From Oscillatoria princeps RMCB-10 (GTDB taxonomy: Bacteria > Cyanobacteriota > Cyanobacteriia > Cyanobacteriales > Oscillatoriaceae), in assembly GCA_019359235.1 (NCBI GenBank), contig JAHHHT010000012.1, positions 3,648-67,647 of the forward strand: 64,000 nucleotides of DNA, given 5' to 3'. Below are positions 1-9,800 of the stretch, piece after piece. A program made the translations under genes and the position numbers. Within the stretch, counting starts at the first letter, position 1; every line of letters starts with the position of its first letter. The notes beneath the pieces were generated by a model. The model ran no database searches and was not told where the DNA came from. It saw only the letters and a list, made by a program, of their open reading frames with translations.

Positions 1-726
1 CCGGTGCAAGCTGAGGAGTTCCTTTTTCAGCTCAGGAACTTTATCGAGTTCTGTGGTATTATAAGATTTGCCAAGTTTTTTTAACGTCAGTCCAATGACT
101 TCGCGAGCCTGGTCGGGCAGAGAAATGAGTCTGGCCAGTTCCGGACGCCAGAGATCGTCCCAGTCTTGGGGGGGTTGCAAGCCGGCAGACTTGAACTTGT
201 CGGGGCGATAAGCAATCATGACAGTGCCCCAGCGGTAGGGTGCCGCCCAGACTTGACCATTTTTGTCAATTTGGCCTGACTCATTGCGCTTAACCAGCAT
301 CTGCCACCGGCCCGGCAACTTGTCCCACCCCTGCAGCGGTGCCGGTGCCAGGGGTTGAATCAGTTTCTGCTGAATTGCCTTAGCCAGCCAGTAATCCCCC
401 AGAGTCACCAAGTCAGGAATCCGGATGGGCCCGGCTGCCGGCAAGGGAATTTGGAAGGGCGAGCTGGATTTCGGCGGATCGCCGGCAGCCGGCTGCCGGT
501 GCCAAGCTTGCAGCTGAGCGAACAAGTCTTTCAACTGCGGCTCGGCTTTGAAGTCCAAAGCTGCCGGTTGGCCCAGCTGCTTGCGAAATTGACTCAACAC
601 GAGAGAGGGCACAGAACCTTTCAGCAGCCGCACGCTCAGTGCCGGTTGGTTTTGGCCACCACACCCTGCCAGCAGCTGCCCGAGAGCTAGGGTGCCTGCT
701 CCCACTAGAAAAGACCGTCGGTACAC
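1..726 (-). CDS. ABC transporter periplasmic substrate-binding lipoprotein (PotD/solute-binding family-1-like), 3' end outside window
   Basis: Hand translation of minus strand: open frame across 1-726, GTG start at 724-726 immediately after an in-frame TAA; N-terminus RRSFLVGAGTLALGQLLAGCGG (lipobox LAGC); mature part has SBP-like motifs (DLVTLGDYWLAKAIQQKL, WAAPYRWGTVMIAYRPDKF). Not in ORF track because the gene runs off the window. Confidence 0.6.
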   Translation of the reverse strand, partial: MYRRSFLVGAGTLALGQLLAGCGGQNQPALSVRLLKGSVPSLVLSQFRKQLGQPAALDFKAEPQLKDLFAQLQAWHRQPAAGDPPKSSSPFQIPLPAAGPIRIPDLVTLGDYWLAKAIQQKLIQPLAPAPLQGWDKLPGRWQMLVKRNESGQIDKNGQVWAAPYRWGTVMIAYRPDKFKSAGLQPPQDWDDLWRPELARLISLPDQAREVIGLTLKKLGKSYNTTELDKVPELKKELLSLHR

Positions 727-855
727 GTTTTACTTAATGCGTTTTTTCAGATACTGACCGCTCGTTAGCTGTTCCCCCGCCCGAGACACGATCGTTTGTC
801 GCGTGCGGTAATTGCAGCCAACTGGTTTGATTTCTTCCTTCGAGACAGAGCCATT

Positions 856-1218
856 CTACTCTCTCCGCAAGCGCAAGGTCTGCCTCTCGGGCATGTTAAA
901 CCGAGCCTGCACCCGGTTTTTGGTGGCAAAGCCGCGAGCGCCACACATAATATTGCCTATCACCCCAAATAGAGTTGAACCGGCAGACTGCTGGCGACCG
1001 GACACGGCACCGGTGCTGTCCCAGCTGACGATAGCACCGCAGGTGAGGGTTTGCTCCTCAATCTGGTGCGCTAGCTCCGGACTTGCCGGTTCCAGAAAGC
1101 GAATGCTGAGAAATGTCACCACTTCCTGGATTTCTCCATCCGGTAGCGCCCAGTAGCGTCGCTCCCTTGCGCCTGCGCCCCTCTGAAAGCTGGAGCCACT
1201 CTGCAATCTGGGATTCAC
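856..1218 (-). CDS. hypothetical protein (possible gene remnant)
   Basis: 120-aa ORF (GTG start) downstream of the SBP gene; no recognisable family; flanked by a GGGCTAAAGCCC repeat copy at 1236-1262. Confidence 0.25.
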   Translation of the reverse strand: MNPRLQSGSSFQRGAGARERRYWALPDGEIQEVVTFLSIRFLEPASPELAHQIEEQTLTCGAIVSWDSTGAVSGRQQSAGSTLFGVIGNIMCGARGFATKNRVQARFNMPERQTLRLRRE

Positions 1219-1425
1219 CGGCGGCCCAACTACAAACCGCAGGGCTAAAGCCCAACTGCAAACGGCTCACCGGCACGCCTGACCGGCCTCGGCCTCGCAG
1301 CTTTCCCCCGCTATTGAGGCAGGCATAGGAACTGCTCTCAAAGGTTAAATAATCCAGAAATTAGTTCGGCTAACGCCTGCACCTTTCTAAGATGGAGAAG
1401 AAAGGAGTTCTGCAAAGGGGGGCTA

Positions 1426-1800
1426 ATGATGGAATCGCTGCAAACGCAAGTCAGCATGTTGAGTCACAAGCTGGATGCGCTGTACCAAATCATTGAGGAT
1501 CTCAGTAACAAGATATCCGAAGTGGTGTCCGAACGCAAGTTATCTGGCAGCCAGAGCGGTATGTCTCAAGTTGGGTTTAGTGTTGGGCGATATCACTATC
1601 CAAACCAGAACGCTCTGGATACGCTCCTGGAACATAAAGATGTGCTGGTTGATACAAACCGCTATGAAATTACCGCTCACAGTGCGGATCAAGAGTTAAC
1701 GCCAGAAATTCAAATCCAGCGGCTGACCGCACAACTGACTGCCGCCTACAACCGGATTGCGGCTTTGGAAGAACAGTTACTCTCTCACAGAATCCACTGA
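1426..1800 (+). CDS. hypothetical coiled-coil protein
   Basis: 124-aa ORF with coherent codon usage and heptad-like N- and C-terminal segments (LDALYQIIEDLSNKISEV; IQRLTAQLTAAYNRIAALEEQLL). Confidence 0.5.
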   Translation: MMESLQTQVSMLSHKLDALYQIIEDLSNKISEVVSERKLSGSQSGMSQVGFSVGRYHYPNQNALDTLLEHKDVLVDTNRYEITAHSADQELTPEIQIQRLTAQLTAAYNRIAALEEQLLSHRIH

Positions 1801-2030
1801 AACACTGAGTGGCGATCAGTGTGGAGTTTTGAGTTTTGAATTAAGAAGGTGTGCCTAAGAGCGCTTTTATAAAGTAATTGTTAAGCCAGACTGGTGGCCA
1901 TAAACCTGGAATCTTGCTGCAGGAGGGCGCTCGTTCTTCCGGCTTCCCCACCACAAGAAACCCGGTTTGTTGTGGCTTCACTTTTTCTTTATAAATGCCC
2001 TCTCAATAAACTTCACACAGTTCACCGGCA

Positions 2031-2232
2031 GATATAGCAGCAGTCACTTAGATTAGGACGTAGGACAGGCGTTCCCTCCGTAAGCGTTGCGGGACGCGAC
2101 AGCGTCCTTCCCAGAAACCTTGAGGGCAGGCGTTCCCTCCGACCTACGCCTTCCCTCCGTAAGCGTTGCGGGACGCGACAGCGTCCTGCCCGTGTCCTAA
2201 ACTGACTGCCTGCTGCTATATCTTGGAGAATC
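2031..2232. mobile_element. MITE-like element with 13-bp terminal inverted repeats (GATATAGCAGCAG ... CTGCTGCTATATC) and an internal ~40-bp direct duplication
   Basis: TIRs seen at 2031-2043 and 2220-2232; internal duplicate cgttccctccgtaagcgttgcgggacgcgacagcgtcct at ~2069 and ~2143; related copies at 2279-2389, 43152-43320, 49299-49437, 53215-53308. Confidence 0.6.
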
Positions 2233-2278
2233 CCGCCCTCACAACGAGAGTTCTGCAAAATCGATGCAATCGGATCTG

Positions 2279-2389
2279 AATATAGCAGTGGCCACTAAGG
2301 GCGCGGACGTAGGACAGGCGTCTCGCCTGTCCCTATCCCTACTAGCAAGTGAAATGCCTTGTCCATTACTGAGCTGTCTGTTGCTATAA
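2279..2389. mobile_element. second, shorter member of the same MITE family (TATAGCAG...CTGTTGCTATAAT)
   Basis: Shares the core gacgtaggacaggcgtctcgcctgtcc palindrome and TIR-like ends with 2031-2232. Confidence 0.45.
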
Positions 2390-2434
2390 TTACTCACTCA
2401 TCGCTCCGGAGCGCTTGGCAAGAGCGCAGCTCGC

Positions 2435-3685
2435 TTACGAGCGAGCCGCAACGCTTGCGACTAGCGCTTCAGTAGCGTGCAGGAGTAGGGATTGGTTCCA
2501 ACCCCGGTAGAGACTCGCCGCGATCGCCAGCCCGCCGGCACCCACGCCTTCCTTGACATATCCGCGCTCGTATGCTAAAAGCTGCGAGTAGCGAGACGCG
2601 GCAAAACTCAGCTCGGTGGCCATTAGGGGCACCTGTCCGACCTCTTCCGCCAGTCCAGCCGTGTCGCCGGTGGGGTCTTCCGCCACCCAGCGAGTGGTTC
2701 CCACCACAATTTCCTCCCGACGCCAGGGCAGGGAATACCGGTAGGCTAGAGCCTCAATTAAAGCATAAACCGCCAGCATTTGCGTGCCGCCGGCTAGCAA
2801 AACGCCGCCGGTGCGGCTAGCCGCGATCGCCATCCCCGCCGCCGCCACTTGCATCGGATCTCCCACCGCCGCCACCAGCTGCAGGGGATCGACCGATTTG
2901 GGATTTGGGATTTTGGATTTGTGATTTACAGGGGGCGCGTTAATTGATTTGGGATTTGGGATTTGGGATTTGGGATTTTCAGGTGGCGCGTCACCGGCAT
3001 CCCCCAGTGCAAAATCGAGCAAACCGGCACGCTGCAACCCCACTCGCACGACATCCCACTTCTGCGCGTGATTGCAACTGGGGTGACTGCTGTTCACCTT
3101 GCCGGTTGCCCGCACGCCCAAGCCGGTTAAAATCGCTAGGGCGGTTGTGGTGCCTCCCACCACGCACTCGCTGACGATTAAATATCCGGATGAATTCGCA
3201 AGCTTTTCGCCCCAGCTGAGTCCTTGCTCGAGCAGGTGTTTCACTGCGGATAGTTCCAAGGCGGTGCCGGTGGTGAGACAGCGTGCCGGTGCGCCGCCCA
3301 TATCTATTGCAGGTACTGCCGGCGCTTCCGGCAAACCCGCATTGAACAGGTAAACGGGGATTTCTATTGCCTCGACGACGGCGCGGGAAATCAGCACCGG
3401 CGAGACGCCGGCACAGAGGGGGGGCAAGGGATACTGGGGGCTCGCCACCGGCCCACTGCAGAGAAACTCGGCGTCCGCAATCGCCGTGCGCCGCCTTGCT
3501 TCTGGGGTTGCGCCGGCTGCTGAAATGCCGGGAATCAAGCAAGTGTCCGTGAATCCCAAAATGCAGGCGAATGCGGGCTTGATTCCCCGATACTTTTGCA
3601 GCCACCGCTGCCCTTGTTCCAGCTGGGTGTAGACGCGAATCATATCAATTTCGGTTGCGGGCATGGGGGATCGGGCATCAGGCAT
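2435..3685 (-). CDS. CobT-like nicotinate-nucleotide phosphoribosyltransferase-related protein (UPF0284 / TIGR00303 family)
   Basis: N-terminus MIRVYTQLEQGQRWLQKYRGIKPAFACILGFTDTCLIPGISAAG is typical of cyanobacterial/archaeal UPF0284 proteins. Contains an in-frame heptamer-repeat insertion (see repeat 2893-2992). True start may be an internal Met. Confidence 0.7.
   Translation of the reverse strand: MPDARSPMPATEIDMIRVYTQLEQGQRWLQKYRGIKPAFACILGFTDTCLIPGISAAGATPEARRRTAIADAEFLCSGPVASPQYPLPPLCAGVSPVLISRAVVEAIEIPVYLFNAGLPEAPAVPAIDMGGAPARCLTTGTALELSAVKHLLEQGLSWGEKLANSSGYLIVSECVVGGTTTALAILTGLGVRATGKVNSSHPSCNHAQKWDVVRVGLQRAGLLDFALGDAGDAPPENPKSQIPNPKSINAPPVNHKSKIPNPKSVDPLQLVAAVGDPMQVAAAGMAIAASRTGGVLLAGGTQMLAVYALIEALAYRYSLPWRREEIVVGTTRWVAEDPTGDTAGLAEEVGQVPLMATELSFAASRYSQLLAYERGYVKEGVGAGGLAIAASLYRGWNQSLLLHATEALVASVAARS
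2893..2992. repeat. STRR-type heptanucleotide tandem repeat (GGGATTT)n, two blocks, lying in-frame inside the CobT-like CDS
   Basis: tttgggatttgggattttggatttgtgattt ... gatttgggatttgggatttgggatttgggatttt; each block is followed by cagggggcgcgt / caggtggcgcgt; encodes the duplicated low-complexity NPKSQIPNPKS / NHKSKIPNPKS. Confidence 0.8.
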
Positions 3686-3723
3686 TTAGGAAAACAATTA
3701 TAGCGGTTTTCATCTGAGTGAGG

Positions 3724-3800
3724 TACTGAGAAACCCGGTTTCTTTAAGAAACCGGGTTTCTGGCATGTACTTCATCCAACTGAAAACCGCTATAATCCCC
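3724..3800. terminator. conserved palindromic hairpin element GAGAAACCCGGTTTCTTTAAGAAACCGGGTTTCTGG followed by catccaactga(a/g)aaccgctata; likely intrinsic terminator / REP-like unit
   Basis: Perfect 13-bp stem with a 5-nt loop 87 bp downstream of the DUF2232 stop. Same element at 35761-35835, 39796-39876, 41054-41084, 46755-46835, 59493-59530, and a degenerate copy at 58255-58350. Confidence 0.5.
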
Positions 3801-3846
3801 AATCCCCAATCCAAAATCCAAAATCCAAAATCCAAAATCCAAAATT
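3794..3846. repeat. STRR-type heptamer array (AATCCCC)2(AATCCAA)5, intergenic
   Basis: Direct tandem heptamers; reverse-complement orientation of the array inside the CobT-like gene. Confidence 0.8.
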
Positions 3847-4686
3847 CTATTCCTCAGTCAGCAGAACTTGCACCCAGGGTGGGGGTGGCGGAATCGGGTT
3901 GCCCAGGCGTTCTAGCAGCAGACAAGCCGCCAGATGCACCGCGAACAGATAAATCACATTATTGAGCAACACAATTGCCAGAGCGAGCGCCTGAATCAGC
4001 GCCAGTTCTGGCTGAGCTAGCAAACCCAGCCGCTCAAAAATCCATTCAGTCAATTCAGTAATTTGGGAAGTAAGGTAAACCCAGAGGTCTTCACCCAGCA
4101 AGATCGAGAGCAGCCAAATGCGAAAAAAGACTCCGAAGGAGCCAACCAGAGTGCCCATAAAAATAGAGACGTTCCAGTTAGCACCGCGCCGCCACAGCCC
4201 GCCCAAAAGCACTCCCAACAGGCCAAAAGGCATGACAAACAGGATACTGCGCGTCGGGCCCATCAGCACCGCGAGCAGCAACCCAGAAACCAGCGCCCCC
4301 ATCCAGGCGGCTCGCGCTCCCCAGCGCAGGTAAAGGAGCGCGATCGGAACGGGAAAAAAGATCCGCAGCACCGGCCCGAGGGGAAAATAGTAATTGATCA
4401 GCCAAATCAGACTGGCGGTACTGGCCAGAAAGGCTGTTTCCACCACAATCAAAGGGGCAACATCCTTCACCCTCTGGTCGGAAACAGGTGCCGAGCCGGT
4501 CGAAGGGGACGCCGCTGCCGGTGGGTTGAGGTCATATTCCGGTATCCACTCACCGGCATCTGACTCCTCTGGCTGACTGACCGGCTCAGCAGCAGATTCA
4601 ACGCCTGCCGATGAGTGCTGCTGGTTTTCAGCTTCACCGGCACCAGCTGTTTCAGGCGAAAAGCTATCTCCCTGGGGATTGCTCAT
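3847..4686 (-). CDS. DUF2232 (YybS-like) multi-pass membrane protein
   Basis: 279 aa; acidic N-terminal tail then 5-6 hydrophobic helices; proline-rich C-terminus. Resembles the conserved cyanobacterial DUF2232 family. Confidence 0.55.
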   Translation of the reverse strand: MSNPQGDSFSPETAGAGEAENQQHSSAGVESAAEPVSQPEESDAGEWIPEYDLNPPAAASPSTGSAPVSDQRVKDVAPLIVVETAFLASTASLIWLINYYFPLGPVLRIFFPVPIALLYLRWGARAAWMGALVSGLLLAVLMGPTRSILFVMPFGLLGVLLGGLWRRGANWNVSIFMGTLVGSFGVFFRIWLLSILLGEDLWVYLTSQITELTEWIFERLGLLAQPELALIQALALAIVLLNNVIYLFAVHLAACLLLERLGNPIPPPPPWVQVLLTEE

Positions 4687-4860
4687 GCAGATTATAGGGC
4701 AGCCTCATTGGGCCCGCCCGGATTAAGACAGCCGCAGACAATTTCGAGCCGCAGCTCGGACGGGAATGCGACAGACGCAGACATCTACCATTATCTGCGT
4801 TTATCTGCGTTCATCTGCGGTTTTTAAATTAATCGCCGCCTAAAATCCAAAAACTGCCAT

Positions 4861-5403
4861 CTAAGAATTCACAGCCGGCTCAGCCGCCGAACTGGCAGCG
4901 ACGGGCTCGGCTTCCGACTCTGGCGCGTGCTGAATCACGAGCACAGAACAGGGAGCGTGGTGCGTGACATAGTTGCTGACACTGCCAAGGAAAGCTTCTG
5001 CCAGTCCTGTGCGACCTCGGCGTCCCACCACAACCAGATCCGCTCCCCAGCTTTTGGCCAATTGACACAGAGATTCACCGGCTTCGCCAATCTTGAAGTC
5101 AAATTCTGCCGGCACGCCCTGACTGATGGCGGTATCGCAGTAGTGGCGAAGCATTTCCCGCCCCCGCTCTATCTGGGTTTCCATGTGCCGGTACTGAGAA
5201 ACGAAAGTATAATCGACAGCGGCAGCAGACATCCCCAGATCCACCGGCATTGCCACCATTGGCTCGCCGAGGTTTTCGTGAGTCAGACAGTGAAACAGCA
5301 TCAGACTGCCCCCTTGCACCAAAGCCATCTCCAGCGAGCGGGTAAAAACAGACTTGCTCAATTCCGAGTCATCTAGGGAAACGATAATCTTTTTAAAGCT
5401 CAT
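4861..5403 (-). CDS. universal stress protein (UspA family)
   Basis: IIVSLDDSELS...LVVVGRRGRTGLAEAFLGSVSNYVTHHAPCSVLVI matches the USP ATP-binding fold. Confidence 0.8.
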   Translation of the reverse strand: MSFKKIIVSLDDSELSKSVFTRSLEMALVQGGSLMLFHCLTHENLGEPMVAMPVDLGMSAAAVDYTFVSQYRHMETQIERGREMLRHYCDTAISQGVPAEFDFKIGEAGESLCQLAKSWGADLVVVGRRGRTGLAEAFLGSVSNYVTHHAPCSVLVIQHAPESEAEPVAASSAAEPAVNS

Positions 5404-5542
5404 GAATTCCTCCTTCGGGGGGGGTGGAGGTATGCCCCACCCTCACCTTAGCGCAGCCCGAGGTCAGAGCGGCAGCCGCACAACATTACTTGACAATTGA
5501 GAGAGTGGGAATAGCTTCATTTGGACAGCGAGCCCCGGACAG

Positions 5543-6250
5543 CTAGACGAGCAGGCGCTCCAGGGCGTGCAAGTCGGGAATGCAAAGAACATCGCGCTCC
5601 CGCTGAATCAGCCCTTTTTTTTCCAGCTTGCTGAGCACCCGCGTCACCGTCTCTCGGGCCAGTCCGCTGAGACTGCTCAATTCCCGGTGGGGCAAATTGG
5701 GAATTTCAAGACCTTCGGGGGATTGTTTTCCTTGGCCCTCCGCCAAAAACAGTAAAATATCGGCCACTCGCGAAGTGCTGTCCGCTTCCCGCAACCGCAA
5801 GCGGCGGTTGACTTGACGCAGACGCCGCGCCATCAGCTGAGCCAGCCTAATGCCGGCCAGGGGCTCTGTGTGAATCATCTGGACAAAATCCTGAGCCGGC
5901 AAATTGCCAATCACAGTAGGAGCGAGGGTAATCACATCCGTTGAGCGAGGCACCTCATCGAGTGCCGCCATCTCGCCAAACAGTTCTCCCTTGCCCAGAA
6001 TATTGAGGGTGACTTCCTTGCCATCCAGGTTGTAGGTGCGAATCTTCACCCAGCCGTCCAAAATGAAGTACACCGAACTGCCCCAGTCATTTTCGAGCAA
6101 AATGACCTGATTCGCTGGATGGCTGCGGCTGACAATATGGGCGGTGGCCTTTTCCACAATATCCTCTGGCAGGCCGGCAAAAAAAGGGGTAGAGCGAATC
6201 AACTGGTCAATATTGGAGTGGGGCTCGCGGAGGCTAAATCGTTCGTCCAT
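5543..6250 (-). CDS. Crp/Fnr-family transcriptional regulator (cNMP-binding domain + C-terminal HTH)
   Basis: FFAGLPEDIV...GELFGEMAAL (cNMP-binding beta-roll) and RELSSLSGLARETVTRVLSKLEKKGLI (HTH). Confidence 0.85.
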   Translation of the reverse strand: MDERFSLREPHSNIDQLIRSTPFFAGLPEDIVEKATAHIVSRSHPANQVILLENDWGSSVYFILDGWVKIRTYNLDGKEVTLNILGKGELFGEMAALDEVPRSTDVITLAPTVIGNLPAQDFVQMIHTEPLAGIRLAQLMARRLRQVNRRLRLREADSTSRVADILLFLAEGQGKQSPEGLEIPNLPHRELSSLSGLARETVTRVLSKLEKKGLIQRERDVLCIPDLHALERLLV

Positions 6251-6723
6251 GGGGCCTTCATATCCTAAACGCTCTTGAGGATGGATTCAGTTATAGAGTG
6301 CGGCGGGCGGGATGGGGAAGGGCTGAGCGCGTTTCAACAAGGGCATCCCAGCTTGGGCCAACTTCTTGGTAGCACCCGTACTGACTGACAAACCTATCTA
6401 GATCCTACAGGAGCCTTTGACGCTGGTAGGTTTCCAGCCTGCCAGACCCCTGGGGGGCACAGGCAGGGGCCTGAAAAGCGCCCCAGCACTTTTGGGTTTG
6501 GGTGCGCTTCCACCGGCAGGCTCCTGTTAACAGCAACCTGCGAGAAAAGCGCAATCAGTAGAAAACCCACCGCAATCATAGCTCAAAGATTTTGTGATTG
6601 CGGATCTGGAACGGCGACGCCACACGAGTGCCAGCTTCCCGGGCGGGAGCTTTGCACTATCTGTTCCCCCTGCCATTTCGGGGGGGATAGGGGGGTTAAA
6701 GGGGGAGCCGTTTGGGGGATGAC

Positions 6724-6731
6724 TGTATAAT
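6724..6731 (+). promoter_or_regulatory. candidate extended -10 (TGTATAAT) upstream of the giant gene
   Basis: Only sequence resemblance to the sigma70 -10 consensus, 73 nt upstream of the ATG at 6804. Confidence 0.2.
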
Positions 6732-6803
6732 AAAATCACCCAGCGGCAGAAGACTATTTTTCAAGAGCTCAATCCCGGGAAGGGGATTGAAAGAAACAAA
6801 CCT

Positions 6804-9800
6804 ATGAGCTCCCATCTGGATCAAATTCAAGCACTCATCTCCGACATTGACGGGGCGCTAGCGGCACCAGCGCCCCGCCTGCCTTGGATGGGAGATACTG
6901 CCAGCTTTCGCCGGCTCCTGGAGCGAATTCGCAACTATCTCGTCTGGCTGGAGGGCCAGGTGAGTGCGGGCGAGTCTTTTCTGCCACCGGCAGCGAATCA
7001 AAATCTGCGCGGCGCTGCCATCGAGCCGGTGCCGGCTGTCCCCTCCCCTGAAACGCCGGCTTGGGCCCAGCAGCTGCTGCAAGCGGTTGTGGGAGAGATG
7101 GCATCTGTGCGCTCTACCCTCGCGCAGCCAATACAGGCAGACTTGGCCGCCCTGCAACAGCAGCGGGACGCTCTGTTCAAAGAAATTCGCCAGTTGGAGG
7201 CTCAGCGACAGCACCAATACTCTCTGGTTCAGCAACAGGCTTCCCAGCAGCAAATTATTTCGGAATTTTTGCAGGCGTTAATGGGGCGCTTGCAGGAAAG
7301 CTTGACGGAGCAAGTGGCCCAGACGTTAGGCCATCTAGAGCAGCAATTTTTAACCGGATATGAATCGCCGCCGGTCGGGCAATCCCCGCTACAAGGGGCT
7401 GGCTACTCAACCTCAACAAGTCCGCTGCAGTTGCAAGGATCCAGCCGCCAAATGCACCCGCAAGAGCGCTTGGAGCGGATGCGGCTGCTGCAGCAAAAGA
7501 GCGACGAGCTGTTACTGACGCTGGACTCTACGCTCAAGGTGATGTTTGAAGCGCTGCTGCGGAATATTCACAGCTATGAGAAGTCTTTGGCCAGAGGGCT
7601 TGACAAAAGTTTCAATCCTGTTCCCGGAATTCAGCTAACAGAAATATCACCGCCGCCGCCACCTGAATTTATTATACCCGAAACCGACCGCAGCGAGTCC
7701 CGAAAGAACCTGCCACCGGCGGCGGCTGGCCCAACGCCAGACCCGGGCAGCTCGGTGAAATCCAACCGCCGCGCCGGTGCCGCTAAACCCAAACAGCCGA
7801 CTTCCGGGCTGCCCGCCCCACAGAGCAAACGGCAGCAGCCAGCCGCCGGCAACCGCACCGGAGCCACCGACACGGGGGCTTCCGACCGGCAAACTCCGGA
7901 AACACTTAACAGAGAACCTTCAGCGACAGAGAGTCCGCCGCAGCAAGAGGCGGCCCAAAACTTGCCGGGTTTGGGCCAAGCTGAGGCGGCGGAGATCGAA
8001 ACGCTGCTCAATCTGGACGTGGGGGCAACTGCTGCGCCAGCCCCATCAGAGCTAGCACCGGATGAGGATCTCAATGCCGTTCTTCAGCTGCTCAATGCCG
8101 AGCGCAATCCCTCTTCCGAGCGGGCTGAAGGAGGCGGCATTCCAGCCCGGTTGAGTGCCGGTGTTGCCTCTGCAGACTTCTCGCCGGATATCCACGAGCT
8201 TTATGCCAGTCTGTTTGGGGCTGAGGACGCCCCCGCCACTGCAGCGCCGGCAGCAGAGACTGCCACCGGCTCGCCGGTTCTGTTTGAAGAGGCACTGTTT
8301 GAGGGATTCCCGGATACGGCGGCTGTTGCCCCACCGGCACCCCAGCCAGAAAAATCTGTGACGTCTGTGACCCAGTCGCTCGAAGAGTTCTTATTTGATG
8401 GCGATTCAGCCGAAAGCACCCGCACGGGCTCCCTGAGGTTGGCAGATTTATTCGGGGAAACACCAGCAGAGCGGGAGAAGAATAGCACAAAAGAGTCAAT
8501 TAGTCAAGCGCCCAGTGCTGTAAGGGACCGGCCAGCCGCAAGCAGCACCGGCAGCGAGGATGACATATCCCTGAGCGAGCTTTTCGGAGAGCCAGAGGCA
8601 GGAGAAAGCAATCAGCAATCTGCCTTGAACCCTCAGCCTGGCGCGGCGCTCCACAAGTATGGGGCAAAGGGCTCTGAGGAGCAAAACCAGACCGCTGCCG
8701 ATCTCGCTTGGGAGACAGACAGCTATATCCCGGCATCGCCGGATGAGGATTTACTGCCAAACGTTGAAGAGGAGGGGGAGAGCCGGCTGCCAGCCTTCTG
8801 GATAGATGACAGCACCCTCGAGCAGCTTCGGGAGGATCTTTCGTTTGAACCCCGCTCCCAGGATTCAGCTGGCAGAACTGTTCGCCCCCCGCTTCCTGAA
8901 TTGATCGCACAGTCAGCCCCAACCGAGTCGGGCGCAGACGATTGGCTGGCTGAGCTGTCTGGAGAAAGCTCCCAGCTGCCGGACGCTACGCCAGAGCCAG
9001 AACCGCCGCCAGTTTTAGGGGACACGCCTTCGATGACGCTGGAAGAAGCGTTTGCCAGCTTAACGGAGGCAACGGCTCAGCCCTCACCGGCAGCAGTTAG
9101 CCCTAGCGATAGGGAATTAGCGATTGGCGATAGGGAATTAGCGGCGCGGAAGGCGCAGCGCGACCCAGGGCCAGCGCAACGGCCAGCCAGGATTTACAGC
9201 TCTTGGGAAGAGGCGGACTCACCAGATGTTTTGGATTGGAACGCTGTGGCGGCAACCCCTGAGCCCGACAGCGAGGTGTCGGCGCTCGACGATCTGTTTG
9301 CTAGCTTGACGGGAGAAGAGCCGGCACCATCTGAATTTGAGGGGCTGGACTTATTCGAGCCGTCTGGGGGAACGCTGGATGCGGACGCCACCGAGGAGCT
9401 GCGGGCAGCGGATCTCGACGATCTGTTTGCGGGCTTTGGTGAGGAAACCCCGACGCTCGCTGAGCCGTGGGCGCAACAGCCCTTAAAACCCCCCGCCCCC
9501 GACTCGGGGACAGAGGAAAAAAAAAAGGATTTAGAGGCGGCTGAGCTGCTGGCTTTTCTTGAGTCCGCCACAGCCGCACCGGCTTTGGGGAGGGAGGAAA
9601 GAACAGGGCCCGCAAAAGAGGGCTTTGGGCAGAAAGCCGCTGCCGCTGCCGGTGGAAAAACTGCGGGACAGGCATCTTCGCTGTCCGGTGCGCCATCCCC
9701 CGTTTTGGGGGAGAGCGAGTTCGGCCTTGCCCTCGACGGGGCTCAATCTCAGGGGAAGAGCGGCAGCGGTTCCCCACAAGTGGTGCCCTCTGAGGGCGAG

